Made by a program: the position numbers and the translations under genes. The notes under the pieces were generated by a model that worked only from the letters and a program-made list of their open reading frames with translations, did not search any database and was not told the origin of the DNA. Of a DNA stretch of 64,000 nucleotides, positions 1 to 12,990 are shown one piece after another. Each line of letters opens with the position of its first letter. Within the stretch, counting starts at the first letter, position 1. Source of the DNA: Candidatus Binatia bacterium (GTDB taxonomy: Bacteria > Desulfobacterota > Binatia > Bin18); assembly GCA_963666315.2 (NCBI GenBank), contig CAXXHG010000018.1, forward strand, positions 64,001 to 128,000. The letters run 5' to 3'.

Positions 1-832
1 TGAAGTTCAGCTGCTGGGCTACAACCGTACTGTCGTCGTGCATGCTATATGTCAGCACCCGGTACGGGAGCTGCTCGGCCAGCAGTTTCTGTCCCCATGT
101 ATCATCGGCATTCATAACCGCAAACCGGTTGGGCTTTGGGGAAACCGCGAGACACTCGCGGAATAAACGTGCCTTGGCAGCGAAATAGGCTTGTGTATCG
201 GAATGATAATCCAGATGGTCGCGGCCAAGGTTCGTAAACACGGCGCCCTCCCAACGACATCCCCACACTCGATCTTGGGCCAAGGCGTGCGAGGAAACCT
301 CCATCACCACATGACTGACGCCAGCCAAGACCATCGCATGCAGTAGCGCTTGCAGCTCAACCGCCTCAGGCGTTGTCAAAGGCGCCGACAATGTCTGATC
401 TCCATACCGATAGTTCACCGTTCCGATCACGCCGACAGACCAGCCTGCGGCTTTGCCGATCGCTTCCAGCACATATGTTGTCGTTGTTTTCCCACTCGTC
501 CCAGTCACGCCGATGAGGGTCAGCTGGCTACTCGGCCGCTGATAAAACTCGTCAGCCATAACCCCGAGTAAGCGCCGTGGCCGCGCCGCAGTAATAACAG
601 TCACACCGGCCGGCACCACCGTTCCCGCAGGGACAACAACGGCCCGGGCGCCGTGATCGAGCGCTTGCTCAAGGAAAGTCGCCCCCTGGGCCTTGGTTCC
701 CGGCAGAGCAAAGAACACCGCTCCAGCTTCGACCCGGCGGGAGTCGTAGGCAAGCTGTTCAACCGCCATATCGATCTTGCCTCGAACCTGTATCGAGGGA
801 TCCTTTGGGAGCAGATCACGCAGGCACGCCAC
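1..832 (-). CDS. murE: UDP-N-acetylmuramoyl-tripeptide synthetase MurE, 5' part (runs off the window)
   Basis: Not in the ORF track. Hand translation from GTG at 832: MACLRDLL...AYDSRRV...LIGVTGTSGKTTTT...LTTPEAVELQ...VMEVSSHAL...FTNLGRDHLDYH...YFAAKARLF. These are MurE motifs, and the gene follows ftsI in dcw order. Confidence 0.93.
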   Translation of the reverse strand, partial: MACLRDLLPKDPSIQVRGKIDMAVEQLAYDSRRVEAGAVFFALPGTKAQGATFLEQALDHGARAVVVPAGTVVPAGVTVITAARPRRLLGVMADEFYQRPSSQLTLIGVTGTSGKTTTTYVLEAIGKAAGWSVGVIGTVNYRYGDQTLSAPLTTPEAVELQALLHAMVLAGVSHVVMEVSSHALAQDRVWGCRWEGAVFTNLGRDHLDYHSDTQAYFAAKARLFRECLAVSPKPNRFAVMNADDTWGQKLLAEQLPYRVLTYSMHDDSTVVAQQLNF

Positions 833-840
833 ACTACACC

Positions 841-2781
841 TCACCAACCAGTCTCGAGAGTCAACTCATAGACGGGTTCTTCGGTACGCGGATCCGTGCG
901 CAGCACCTGACGCGTCACATAGCCACTCCCGTAGGCAACGACCCGCATGTCGCTCTGGGACGCTGTCCGCATGGCCTCACGTAGACTGAGCCCGATAAAA
1001 TTCCTACCATCGCGCTGGCCCGGCAACATAGTCGCCTGCTGCTCCGCTATTCTACCCTGCCCACCCCGGTCGCCAAACGAGAATGGCGCATACGGCAAGA
1101 CGCGGGAAGGCTGCTCCTGACTTCCCGCAATACCGAGCTGGGCTAGGGCCTGCTGGGCAATCGTCTGAAAAACAGGCCCAGCGACTATACCGCCATAGAC
1201 CGCTGTCTTCGGTTCATCAATCACAACCAATATCACGAGCTGAGGCCGATCCGCCGGAACAATGCCGATGAAGGAAGCTATCCGACCTGTTGCGGAATAC
1301 CCACCGCGCGGATCAACCTTTTGAGAGGTCCCTGTTTTTCCCGCCACACGAAAACCTTCAATCTGAGCACGCCAGCCGGTCCCGCCCGGCTCAACCACAT
1401 GTTCAAGGAGGGCAAGCATCTGCTGAGCCGTCTCAGGCCGGATGACTTGTCTCAGACGGAGGGGACTATTGGCATGCACCACGTCTCCTTTCGCGTTCAG
1501 GATTTCACTCACCACATATGGGCGCATCAGCACGCCGTCGTTAGCCAGGACCGCATAAGCACTCGCCAACTGCAGCGGTGTGACCGCCACGCCTTGACCA
1601 AAGCTCGCGGTGACAAGTTTGATACGTGACCAGTTCCGTAGCGCAGGGAGAATCCCAGCGCTTTCTCCAGGCAGATCGACTCCCGTCTTCTGTCCTAACC
1701 CAAATCCTTGCAGGTACTGATAGTAACGTTCTTTTCCGAGGCGCTGGCCGATTTTTGCCGCGCCAATATTGCTCGACTTGATCAGGATCTGGCCCACACT
1801 CAGATCCCCATATGGATGGACGTCATGAACAGTATGACGCCCAACCCGGTAGCCGCCGTATTCACAAAAGATCCGATCCTGTAGACGAACCTGCCCAGAG
1901 TCTAAAGCAGCGGCCACTAACAGCGCTTTCAGCGTTGAGCCAGGCTCATAGCAATCACTAATGGCCCGATTCCGCCGCGCGTCTGGTGCGGAATCGCCAG
2001 GGGTATTGGGATCGAATGTCGGCACTTGAGCCAGGGCAAGAACGGCGAACGTACGCGGATCAAGTATGAGCACGGTTCCAGCCCGTGCTCCGCTCATTTG
2101 TACGGCGCGCTCTAACTCTCGTTCGGCTAGGTATTGGAGTTTGGCATCCAGCGTCAAGCGGGCCTGGAGCGCGTCCGGTCGCCGTGGGCTGCCATGAATG
2201 AAGATCGTGCGTCCGAGCGCATCCCGCTCGCCCAGTGTCCTGGCCGCCTTGCTATACAGGTATCGATCATAGGCATACTCCACGCCGGCTAAGCCTCTGG
2301 CATCAACATCAGCAAAGCCGAGCAGCGGGGCAGCTAAGCTGCCTTGTGGATAGATCCGTCGCTGTGTTTCCTCACTGTCTATGCCTGACAAACCGAGCGC
2401 TTTGACTCGATCAGCTTCCCGAGGCGAGACGCCTCGTTTCAACCACACAAACGGGGTAGATGAGTGCAAGGTATGATTAACCTGCTGTACCGACAGCGAA
2501 AGCTGCTCTGCCATAATCGGAATAGTGACGTCAATATCGGCAGGCAGTTTTTGGGGACGAACAAAGAGGGACTGCGCGCCTACACTGAACGCCAGCAGAC
2601 GATCATTGCGATCAACAATGGCCCCTCGATACGGTTGTACCGTCACACTTTGGCGGTGCTGGACGGCCGCCCGCTGAGCGAGGAAGTCTCCCTCGACAAT
2701 CGTGAGCTGGACGAGACGAGCCAATACCACGAGTAACCCCACCCCCAACACCCCTGCAACTATTCGCAGTCGACCCGCCAT
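841..2781 (-). CDS. ftsI: Cell division transpeptidase FtsI (PBP3), with C-terminal PASTA-like segment
   Basis: N-terminal TM helix, RGAIVDRN, RRIYPQG, EPGSTLK (SxxK), KSSN (SxN), KTGT; dcw context. Confidence 0.95.
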   Translation of the reverse strand: MAGRLRIVAGVLGVGLLVVLARLVQLTIVEGDFLAQRAAVQHRQSVTVQPYRGAIVDRNDRLLAFSVGAQSLFVRPQKLPADIDVTIPIMAEQLSLSVQQVNHTLHSSTPFVWLKRGVSPREADRVKALGLSGIDSEETQRRIYPQGSLAAPLLGFADVDARGLAGVEYAYDRYLYSKAARTLGERDALGRTIFIHGSPRRPDALQARLTLDAKLQYLAERELERAVQMSGARAGTVLILDPRTFAVLALAQVPTFDPNTPGDSAPDARRNRAISDCYEPGSTLKALLVAAALDSGQVRLQDRIFCEYGGYRVGRHTVHDVHPYGDLSVGQILIKSSNIGAAKIGQRLGKERYYQYLQGFGLGQKTGVDLPGESAGILPALRNWSRIKLVTASFGQGVAVTPLQLASAYAVLANDGVLMRPYVVSEILNAKGDVVHANSPLRLRQVIRPETAQQMLALLEHVVEPGGTGWRAQIEGFRVAGKTGTSQKVDPRGGYSATGRIASFIGIVPADRPQLVILVVIDEPKTAVYGGIVAGPVFQTIAQQALAQLGIAGSQEQPSRVLPYAPFSFGDRGGQGRIAEQQATMLPGQRDGRNFIGLSLREAMRTASQSDMRVVAYGSGYVTRQVLRTDPRTEEPVYELTLETGW

Positions 2782-2790
2782 CTTCTTCTC

Positions 2791-3063
2791 CTACGGCAGT
2801 ATAATAATTTGCTCGGAGCGTGGCATATGCAGACCAATCCGTTTGCCAGCACTCTGCGTCAGACGGCCTGGGGCTGTAATGGCTTCCCACTCAACCTTGA
2901 ACGCCTGCTGTTCCTCTTCCAGTGTGTGGACGAGTTGACGTGTATTTGCGAGCGCATATCCGACGGAAACCACGCGCAGACGAATCCAGACGTGGGTCAG
3001 AATAAGAGTCAGTCCAACCGCGGCAATCATGATATAATGCCCCCAAACGGTCCCTCTTCGCAT
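2791..3063 (-). CDS. ftsL: Cell division protein FtsL
   Basis: 90 aa with one TM helix then a coiled coil; lies between rsmH and ftsI. Confidence 0.85.
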   Translation of the reverse strand: MRRGTVWGHYIMIAAVGLTLILTHVWIRLRVVSVGYALANTRQLVHTLEEEQQAFKVEWEAITAPGRLTQSAGKRIGLHMPRSEQIIILP

Positions 3064-4050
3064 CTATCCTTCTCCCTCTGCACGTTTCTCCACCGCTCGC
3101 AGTCGTACACTCCGGGCACGTGAATTTGTCAGCACTTCCTCCGGCGTTGGAGTGAGCGGTTTGGTCGTCAGCAGGCGCACCTGCGATGTCCAGCCACACG
3201 CGCATACTGGCAGCTGGGGTGGACAGATGCAGGTCGACGCCCAGCGGCGAAATGCCCTTTTCACCAATCTGTCCTCTAACGAATGATACGAGAGGATCAG
3301 CATGCGTCCCATCGGTCGCAACAGCCGATAGCCCTCGCTCAGGAATGTTTCCAGATGCTGGAGTTCTTGATTCACCGCGATGCGTAGCGCTTGAAAAGCC
3401 CGTGTTGCGGGATGCATCTGAGTCCGGGACGTCCGTCGGATAACGCGCTCAATAATCTCGACCAGGGCAGTCGTGGTCGTTATGGGGTTTTCTGACCGTG
3501 CCCGGATAATCGCACGCGCGAGCGCTCTCGCGGCACGCTCTTCACCGAATTCTCGGAAGATGCGCTGCAATTCGTCTTGGCTGCCATGATTGACGATGTC
3601 TGCCGCGTCATGCTCTTCGTGTTGGTTCATGCGCATATCAAGCGGGCCAGCGCGTAAAAAACTAAACCCGCGGTCCCCAGCCTCGATTTGCAGGGATGAA
3701 AAGCCAAGATCAAGCAGCACTCCGTCTACCCCGCTCCATCCCAGTTCCCGCAGCACGTCAGGCGTTTGACTGAAATTCGCATGTACGAAGACACACTGTG
3801 ACGCAAACGGGGCCAGCCGCCGTCGGGCCACTGCGATCGCATGCTGATCCCGATCGAGCCCAAGTAGTCTTCCGCCTCCAGCGCCTGCTTCTAGCGCGGC
3901 AATAGCGTGTCCGCCGCCGCCCAGTGTTCCGTCAAGGAGGTCTCCTCCAAGGCAAGGCCCAAGGAAAGATACTACTTCCTCCAGCATCACTGGGATGTGT
4001 ACACCAGCCGGTATCACGTCGGCAGGGTCAGAAGCGGAGACTGTTTCCAT
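3064..4050 (-). CDS. rsmH: 16S rRNA m4C1402 methyltransferase RsmH (MraW)
   Basis: HIPVMLEEV, DGTLGGGGHA, DLGFSSLQ, RGFSF..GPLDMRM, FQALRIAVN, SYHSLEDR. Confidence 0.97.
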   Translation of the reverse strand: METVSASDPADVIPAGVHIPVMLEEVVSFLGPCLGGDLLDGTLGGGGHAIAALEAGAGGGRLLGLDRDQHAIAVARRRLAPFASQCVFVHANFSQTPDVLRELGWSGVDGVLLDLGFSSLQIEAGDRGFSFLRAGPLDMRMNQHEEHDAADIVNHGSQDELQRIFREFGEERAARALARAIIRARSENPITTTTALVEIIERVIRRTSRTQMHPATRAFQALRIAVNQELQHLETFLSEGYRLLRPMGRMLILSYHSLEDRLVKRAFRRWASTCICPPQLPVCACGWTSQVRLLTTKPLTPTPEEVLTNSRARSVRLRAVEKRAEGEG

Positions 4051-4129
4051 ATGGGATTTTCGGTATCGCCGGACGCGTTCGTGTGCTTTCTATCGACATA
4101 TATGCTGCTGGCATGTATGCCGCTGGCAC

Positions 4130-4591
4130 CTATGCCGCACTTGCATTGAGGTTACTGAATAATCTTGGGTCTTGAGCAAGCTCTTTTTCAGATTCTTCAT
4201 TGAACTTCCGCCATGTCTCCGTGTCCCAAATCCGGAACTTCTCAAGGGCAGCAGCAAACATGACATCTTTCCCCAAGCCGGCATAGTCTCTCAGAATCGG
4301 GGGAATCAGAATGCGGCCTTGTTTATCGACCGAACATTCCTGAGCATTTGACAGGTAAAATATTTCGAGTTTCAAGAAATTCGGATCAAACCGCGGCTTT
4401 TTACTCAACTCTTGCTCAAAATGCTCCCATTCTGCATACGGGTAGACATCCAGACAGCGAAAGGAGTCCAGGATGAATTTCGTGACAATAAGCCGGGCAT
4501 CGTTCCTTCCAACCAAAATTTCTCGGAACTTCGACGGAATACTGACCCTGCCTTTCTCGTCGATGGTGTGCTCAAAGCTGCCCCGAAACAC
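4130..4591 (-). CDS. mraZ: Transcriptional regulator MraZ
   Basis: MFRGSFEHTIDEKGRVSIP and a second DKQGRILIP repeat; first gene of the dcw cluster. Confidence 0.97.
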   Translation of the reverse strand: MFRGSFEHTIDEKGRVSIPSKFREILVGRNDARLIVTKFILDSFRCLDVYPYAEWEHFEQELSKKPRFDPNFLKLEIFYLSNAQECSVDKQGRILIPPILRDYAGLGKDVMFAAALEKFRIWDTETWRKFNEESEKELAQDPRLFSNLNASAA

Positions 4592-4594
4592 GAC

Positions 4595-4631
4595 TTTCCC
4601 CTATTCCCCACTTTCTCCCACTTTCTCCCAC
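4595..4631 (-). promoter_or_regulatory. MraZ-binding direct repeats (GTGGG at 10-bp period)
   Basis: Minus strand GTGGGAGAAA-GTGGGAGAAA-GTGGGGAATA-GGGGAAA between the -10 box and the mraZ start; matches the known MraZ operator architecture. Confidence 0.85.
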
Positions 4632-4632
4632 G

Positions 4633-4661
4633 ACTATATTACGCAGTTTTTTGGGTGTCAA
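4633..4661 (-). promoter_or_regulatory. sigma70-type promoter of the dcw operon
   Basis: TTGACA (4661-4656), 17-bp spacer, TATAGT (4638-4633). Confidence 0.85.
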
Positions 4662-4707
4662 GCGAAAACTAAAGATATTGAGGAGGTTTAGGCCCACAAC
4701 CACCATT

Positions 4708-4741
4708 ATTGACTCGCCTTCTTCATTGACTCGCCTTCTTC
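4708..4741. repeat. 17-bp perfect tandem duplication
   Basis: ATTGACTCGCCTTCTTC x2 (4708-4724, 4725-4741); each copy contains a TTGACT -35-like hexamer. Confidence 0.9.
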
Positions 4742-4838
4742 GCTTCGATACACCATTCCTTTGTTAAGGAGGATGATACTGTTGTAGGCCTGGGCATGGG
4801 GAGTTCGTCCGGGTTTTTTATGGAGTCTAAACAGCGAG

Positions 4839-5993
4839 ATGTTAAAACGATATCTACTCACCCCAGGGCCGACTCAAGTACCACCCGAGGTGTTGCTCCG
4901 TATGTCGCAGCCCCTTATTCACCATCGCAGCCCTGAGTTCAGCCAGATCTTTGCCGAAGTTAAAAGCGGTCTGCAGTGGCTTTTTCAAACACGACACGAT
5001 GTCCTGATCCTTGCGGCTTCGGGCTCTGGCGCAATGGAGGCCGCGGTCACCAACACCTGCTCTCCAGGCGACTCGGTGACCGTGGTCAACGGAGGAAAGT
5101 TTGGTGAGCGGTGGCTCAAAATATGCGCTGCCGTTGGCGTGCATCCACAAGAGATCAAAGTCGAATGGGGCCACGCCGTTTCGGTTGAGCGTGTGGCACA
5201 GGCACTCCGTCGTCAGCCCAACACGAAAGCCATTTTGATGCAGGCCAGCGAGACCTCCACCACGGCTCTCCATCCAGTCAAAGAGATTGCCGCCCTCACC
5301 CAAGACACCGCAACCTTGCTCATAGTCGATGGCATTACCGCAATAGGCGCGATGGATATTCCCATGGATCGGTGGGGTATTGATGTCCTCATTACCGGTT
5401 CGCAAAAAGCGCTTATGCTGCCCCCCGGACTTTCCTTTCTCGCCCTGAGTCCGAAGGCGTGGCGGCAGACTGAACAGGCCCAGCTTCCCCGTTTCTACTT
5501 CGATCTACATAAAGAGCGCAAGGAACAAGCCAAACATACTACGGCCTATACCCCTGCCATTTCCCTCATCAATGGACTGCATGAAGTCCTGCGCTTACTC
5601 AAAGAAGAGGGCCTAGAAAATGTGTTTACCCGCCACGTCTCATTAATGAACGCGACACGCGCAGCCGTACAGGCACTGGATCTCACCCTCCTCGCAGCCG
5701 ATCATCCAAGCCCGGCCGCGACTGGCGTTTGGCTTCCGCCTCAGGTCGACGGCGTCCAATTACTCACCTATATGCGCGACCGGATGGGCGTTGATATTGC
5801 CGGCGGCCAAGATCACCTGAAGGGCAAGATTGTCCGTATCTCGCATATTGGCTATGCTGGCCCGTTTGACGTCATCACAGCGATCAGCACCCTGGAGATG
5901 GCCCTCAGCCGTTGGGGAGTCCCGATCGAGCTCGGTCAAGGAATCCGGGCCGCCGAATCCGTCCTGCTCCCGACATGGCCGCCAGTCGAGTAA
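4839..5993 (+). CDS. Class V PLP aminotransferase (serine-glyoxylate/alanine-glyoxylate family; possibly phosphoserine aminotransferase)
   Basis: LLTPGPT, HHRSPEF, SGSGAMEAA, GGKFGERW, VDGIT, TGSQKALMLPPG (PLP Lys); directly upstream of serA. Confidence 0.92.
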   Translation: MLKRYLLTPGPTQVPPEVLLRMSQPLIHHRSPEFSQIFAEVKSGLQWLFQTRHDVLILAASGSGAMEAAVTNTCSPGDSVTVVNGGKFGERWLKICAAVGVHPQEIKVEWGHAVSVERVAQALRRQPNTKAILMQASETSTTALHPVKEIAALTQDTATLLIVDGITAIGAMDIPMDRWGIDVLITGSQKALMLPPGLSFLALSPKAWRQTEQAQLPRFYFDLHKERKEQAKHTTAYTPAISLINGLHEVLRLLKEEGLENVFTRHVSLMNATRAAVQALDLTLLAADHPSPAATGVWLPPQVDGVQLLTYMRDRMGVDIAGGQDHLKGKIVRISHIGYAGPFDVITAISTLEMALSRWGVPIELGQGIRAAESVLLPTWPPVE

Positions 5994-5998
5994 GCCCT

Positions 5999-9819
<3,821 letters not shown>

Positions 9820-9875
9820 CAGGCTGCAACCTTACAAGCAAAAAAGCTGTGCGTGCACCATCTCAGCCTTGCAGT

Positions 9876-10532
9876 CTAGGCATCTACCGTCTCGCCACAC
9901 AGAACGACCCCATCGAGATGCGTCATCGTGTTTACCGTATGGATAGTCGTCTCCCCATTCGGCAAGACGGAGACTTCACTCACCCCAGTGTTGCCGATTT
10001 TCTCGATCTGACGAAATCGGCTTACATCCAAACCGCGGCAGTGGAGCAAGAAGGCCCGAACGGCCCCGCCATGGGTAATAATCACGATTTGTTCTCCTCT
10101 ATGTTTGAGCACGAGTTCTTCGACAGACTGCAGCAGACGCCCTTGGAAGTGGGCAAAAGTCTCTCCCCCTCCGCGCGGCACATCCTCACCCGCTCGCAGC
10201 CGCTCCCACTCCTCGGCATGCTGGGCAACAACCTCAGCCGTGGTGAGCCCACTCCATGTTCCTATGTCCATTTCGCGCCACGCTTCTGTCGTGCGGGGGG
10301 TTATTCCGAGCACTGCCCCCAGAATCTCTGCGGTCTGGTGGGCGCGACTCAGATCACTGGTATAGAGAGCCTGGATGCGGCGGCCTTCAACACGGAGTTG
10401 CCGCGCGAGCTGGCGTGCTTGGCCATGGCCCGTTTCGCTCAGAGGCGTGTCAGCGTGCCCCTGCCAACGGTTCTCTTGGTTCCAGACGGTCTCCCCATGT
10501 CGAACCAAGAGCAATCGAACGCCAGCGTGCAT
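9876..10532 (-). CDS. Histidine phosphatase family protein (phosphoglycerate mutase/CobC-like)
   Basis: LLLVRHGETVWN, YTSDLSRAHQTA, REMDIGTWSG, GGETF, ITHGG. Start taken at ATG 10532 (10547 is possible). Confidence 0.92.
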   Translation of the reverse strand: MHAGVRLLLVRHGETVWNQENRWQGHADTPLSETGHGQARQLARQLRVEGRRIQALYTSDLSRAHQTAEILGAVLGITPRTTEAWREMDIGTWSGLTTAEVVAQHAEEWERLRAGEDVPRGGGETFAHFQGRLLQSVEELVLKHRGEQIVIITHGGAVRAFLLHCRGLDVSRFRQIEKIGNTGVSEVSVLPNGETTIHTVNTMTHLDGVVLCGETVDA

Positions 10533-10697
10533 CCCGATCTCTCTCATAGTATGGAGGAAGGTTTTCCAGACGAGCAGTCGGGTCTGGCCAGCCTCGGTAC
10601 AGCTCCGTAGCACGTCCGTCTGGGGATTACTATGGTCCGTTGGCGTTTCGGGTCGGATATGGTAGCAGGAGGCCAGCGTATTTGCGCGGAGGAGAGT

Positions 10698-10823
10698 ATG
10701 CAGTACGGCGCGTTTTTGCCCCGTCTCAGGCCGCTCGCCCAGCGAGATGCCCGAGATCGTATGAAGACAACGGCGCGAGCGCGCTCCCTCAAGAGAAAGG
10801 ACAGGACTTTCGTATGCAACTGA
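10698..10823 (+). pseudogene. 5' remnant of an LLM/F420-dependent oxidoreductase
   Basis: GGAGGAG RBS + ATG; MQYGAFLPRLRPLAQRDARDRMKTTARA aligns without gaps to the N-terminus of 58069..58965 (MDYGVVLPHLGAFARENVVERVRIVAQQ), then similarity stops. Confidence 0.55.
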
Positions 10824-11773
10824 AGAAAAGAATCCCCAAAATCCGCCCCTCTCAACGCTGGATGGCACTCCTTGTCGTATGCTTCTTCAGCCTGCCTGCC
10901 TGCTCCGAGCCGGAAATCTATAATCCTATGGTCGAGATCTCGAATGTCGAATTGACCCGTCCAGAGGAAAATGTCCTGCGCATCACGCTTGACTACGAGT
11001 TAGCACCTGAGTTCAGGATCCCGCTGCCGTATAAAGAAATCGTTGTCTCTCCACTGGAGCCGCGAGCCAAAATCCTCGTCGCTCTTGAAGAGTTCATCCT
11101 CTCGGTTGATACGGTCATCGTCAAAATGGGGATTCCTCCGGAGGCTGGTATTGATTGGGAAGATGTCAGCGACAAAGAGCAGTGCTGTATCGTGTCATTA
11201 AAAGGACTTGTGGAAGAAGATGGCAAAGAGCGCTATGAGCGGATCAGCAACGAACTACGCGTTCTGCCCCCACAGCTTTCTGAGTCGTCACAAGAGGGGG
11301 AACGTATCCAGAGAGGAGGCACTATGGCAACGATCATCAGTGCCGACGGGCATCTGCTTGAGCCGCCGAGCATTTGGGAAGAATATACTGAGCCCGCTTA
11401 TCGGGAGCAGGAGATTCAGATTGCCAAAGACCGAGAAGGCATCGACTGTCTAAAAATCAACGGCGAGCTGCAACGCGACCGCAATATGGCGATTGCCGTG
11501 GCCTGTACTCCCGGCAGCTTGTCTGACCCACACAAGGCGCGCACGATGTCCTGGGATGACATTGTGCCCGGGGGCTACGATCCTCACGTAGGCAGCAAAA
11601 AATTATCGGTGAGAACGCCAAGCGGTTGTACAATCTATAGGCCAACTCCCGGTCGCGACGCTGTCGGGACACCGCTTGTGGCTGCCCTTTTTCGGGCGGC
11701 CACGAGACCCGCTCCAACAGGAATACAAACAAGGAGAGCACAGAGTGGACTTAGCCTATTCCAAAGAAGATGA
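10814..11773 (+). CDS. Putative lipoprotein of unknown function, reading in-frame into an amidohydrolase remnant
   Basis: ATG 10814; basic N-terminus, hydrophobic stretch, lipobox-like FSLPA|C; no stop before the amidohydrolase ATG at 11324. Confidence 0.6.
   Translation: MQLKKRIPKIRPSQRWMALLVVCFFSLPACSEPEIYNPMVEISNVELTRPEENVLRITLDYELAPEFRIPLPYKEIVVSPLEPRAKILVALEEFILSVDTVIVKMGIPPEAGIDWEDVSDKEQCCIVSLKGLVEEDGKERYERISNELRVLPPQLSESSQEGERIQRGGTMATIISADGHLLEPPSIWEEYTEPAYREQEIQIAKDREGIDCLKINGELQRDRNMAIAVACTPGSLSDPHKARTMSWDDIVPGGYDPHVGSKKLSVRTPSGCTIYRPTPGRDAVGTPLVAALFRAATRPAPTGIQTRRAQSGLSLFQRR
11324..11640 (+). pseudogene. Amidohydrolase_2 gene with a large internal deletion
   Basis: GAGGAGG RBS + MATIISADGHLLEPPSIWEEY...GGYDPHV is joined directly, in another frame, to a typical C-terminus RQQKIIGENAKRLYNL* (11590-11640). 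Compare the intact paralog at 16835. Confidence 0.85.
11663..11718. repeat. REP-like paired palindromic element
   Basis: GTCGGGACACCGCTTGTGGCTGCCC-TTTTTC-GGGCGGCCACGAGACCCGCTCCAAC, a degenerate GTAG...CTAC REP doublet. Confidence 0.65.
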
Positions 11774-12935
11774 AGCCTTTCGCAAAACGGTTCGGACCTG
11801 GCTGAAGACGAATCTTCCCAAGAAACACAAAACCGCGAGTGACCTGCCACCGGACGATCCCCAGCGCGTTCAGCGCGCCAAGGACTGGCAACGCAAGCTG
11901 TGCGCGGCGGGCTATGTTGCCCTGAGCTGGCCCCAAGAGTACGGCGGCCAAGGCAACCCGGATATCATGCGCCAGACCATAGTGAATGAAGAGCTGGTCC
12001 TGGCACGGGCACCCGGGCTGATCGGCGCATCAGGTCTGACTATGCTCGGTCCCACCCTCTTACAGGTTGGTTCAGAAGAACAAAAGCGTCGCTATCTGCC
12101 TAGAGTCCTGACAGCTGAGGAAATATGGTGCCAGGGCTACTCCGAGCCGGGCTCGGGTTCTGATTTGGCCTCGCTGCGTACCAAAGCCGAACTCGTAGGC
12201 GATACATTCATAGTCAACGGTCAAAAGGTCTGGACCTCGGGCGCACAGTTTTCAGACTGGATGTTCTGTTTGGTTCGAACCGATCCCGATGCGCCCAAGC
12301 ACCGCGGCATTTCGTACATCCTGATTGATATGAAAACGCCGGGCATCACCGTCCGGCCGCTCGTCCAAATGACAGGGGATGCGGGCTTTAACGAAGTCTT
12401 TTTTGAAGACGTTCGCGTGCCACGAGAAAATCTAGTGGGCGAACTCAACCAAGGCTGGTTGGTCGCCAACGCGACACTTTTTCACGAACGCAATATGCTG
12501 GGCTCAACTACGCGCACCCAGCTCATGATGCAAAATCTCGTCCGCCTGGCACGCTCCCATCAGCGCTATGGCAAACCCGCCGCACAAGATCCCATCGTCC
12601 GACAAAAACTGGCTGACCTGACCATACGGGCAGAGGCCATGCAGTATCATTCCTACCGGCAGCTGACCGATGCCACAAAGGGCCGTGCGCCGGGGATCGG
12701 CGCCATGGTCAACAAACTGGTGGGAACCGAACTCAACCACGACATTTGCGCCCTGGCCTTAGAGATCATGAATTCCTACGCCCCGCTCAACCGCGGTGCC
12801 ACCCATGTCATCGACAATGGCATTTGGCCGTATGAGTTTATGTTTACGCTGGGGCTTATTATTGGTGGTGGGACTTCCCAGATTCAGAAGAATATTATCA
12901 GCGAGCGTGGGCTCGGCATGCCCAAGTCACGTTAG
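11745..12935 (+). CDS. Acyl-CoA dehydrogenase (FadE-type, catalytic subunit)
   Basis: AAGGAG RBS, GTG 11745; WCQGYSEPGSGSDLASL, NGQKVWTS, FNEVFFEDVRVP, IGGGTSQIQKNII. Confidence 0.93.
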   Translation: MDLAYSKEDEAFRKTVRTWLKTNLPKKHKTASDLPPDDPQRVQRAKDWQRKLCAAGYVALSWPQEYGGQGNPDIMRQTIVNEELVLARAPGLIGASGLTMLGPTLLQVGSEEQKRRYLPRVLTAEEIWCQGYSEPGSGSDLASLRTKAELVGDTFIVNGQKVWTSGAQFSDWMFCLVRTDPDAPKHRGISYILIDMKTPGITVRPLVQMTGDAGFNEVFFEDVRVPRENLVGELNQGWLVANATLFHERNMLGSTTRTQLMMQNLVRLARSHQRYGKPAAQDPIVRQKLADLTIRAEAMQYHSYRQLTDATKGRAPGIGAMVNKLVGTELNHDICALALEIMNSYAPLNRGATHVIDNGIWPYEFMFTLGLIIGGGTSQIQKNIISERGLGMPKSR

Positions 12936-12990
12936 CGAAACGAGGGGTTAGGGATTAGGGGCTGGGGGAGAACAGGGGTAGGAAGAGAGT

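Noticed and set aside
490-507. MurE P-loop reads GTSGKT instead of GTNGKT
   Set aside because: A single substitution within the variation seen in Mur ligases; the other motifs are intact.
10533-10868. Long N-terminal extension of the histidine phosphatase
   Set aside because: The RHG motif normally lies within about 10 aa of the start, and the extension overlaps plus-strand features.
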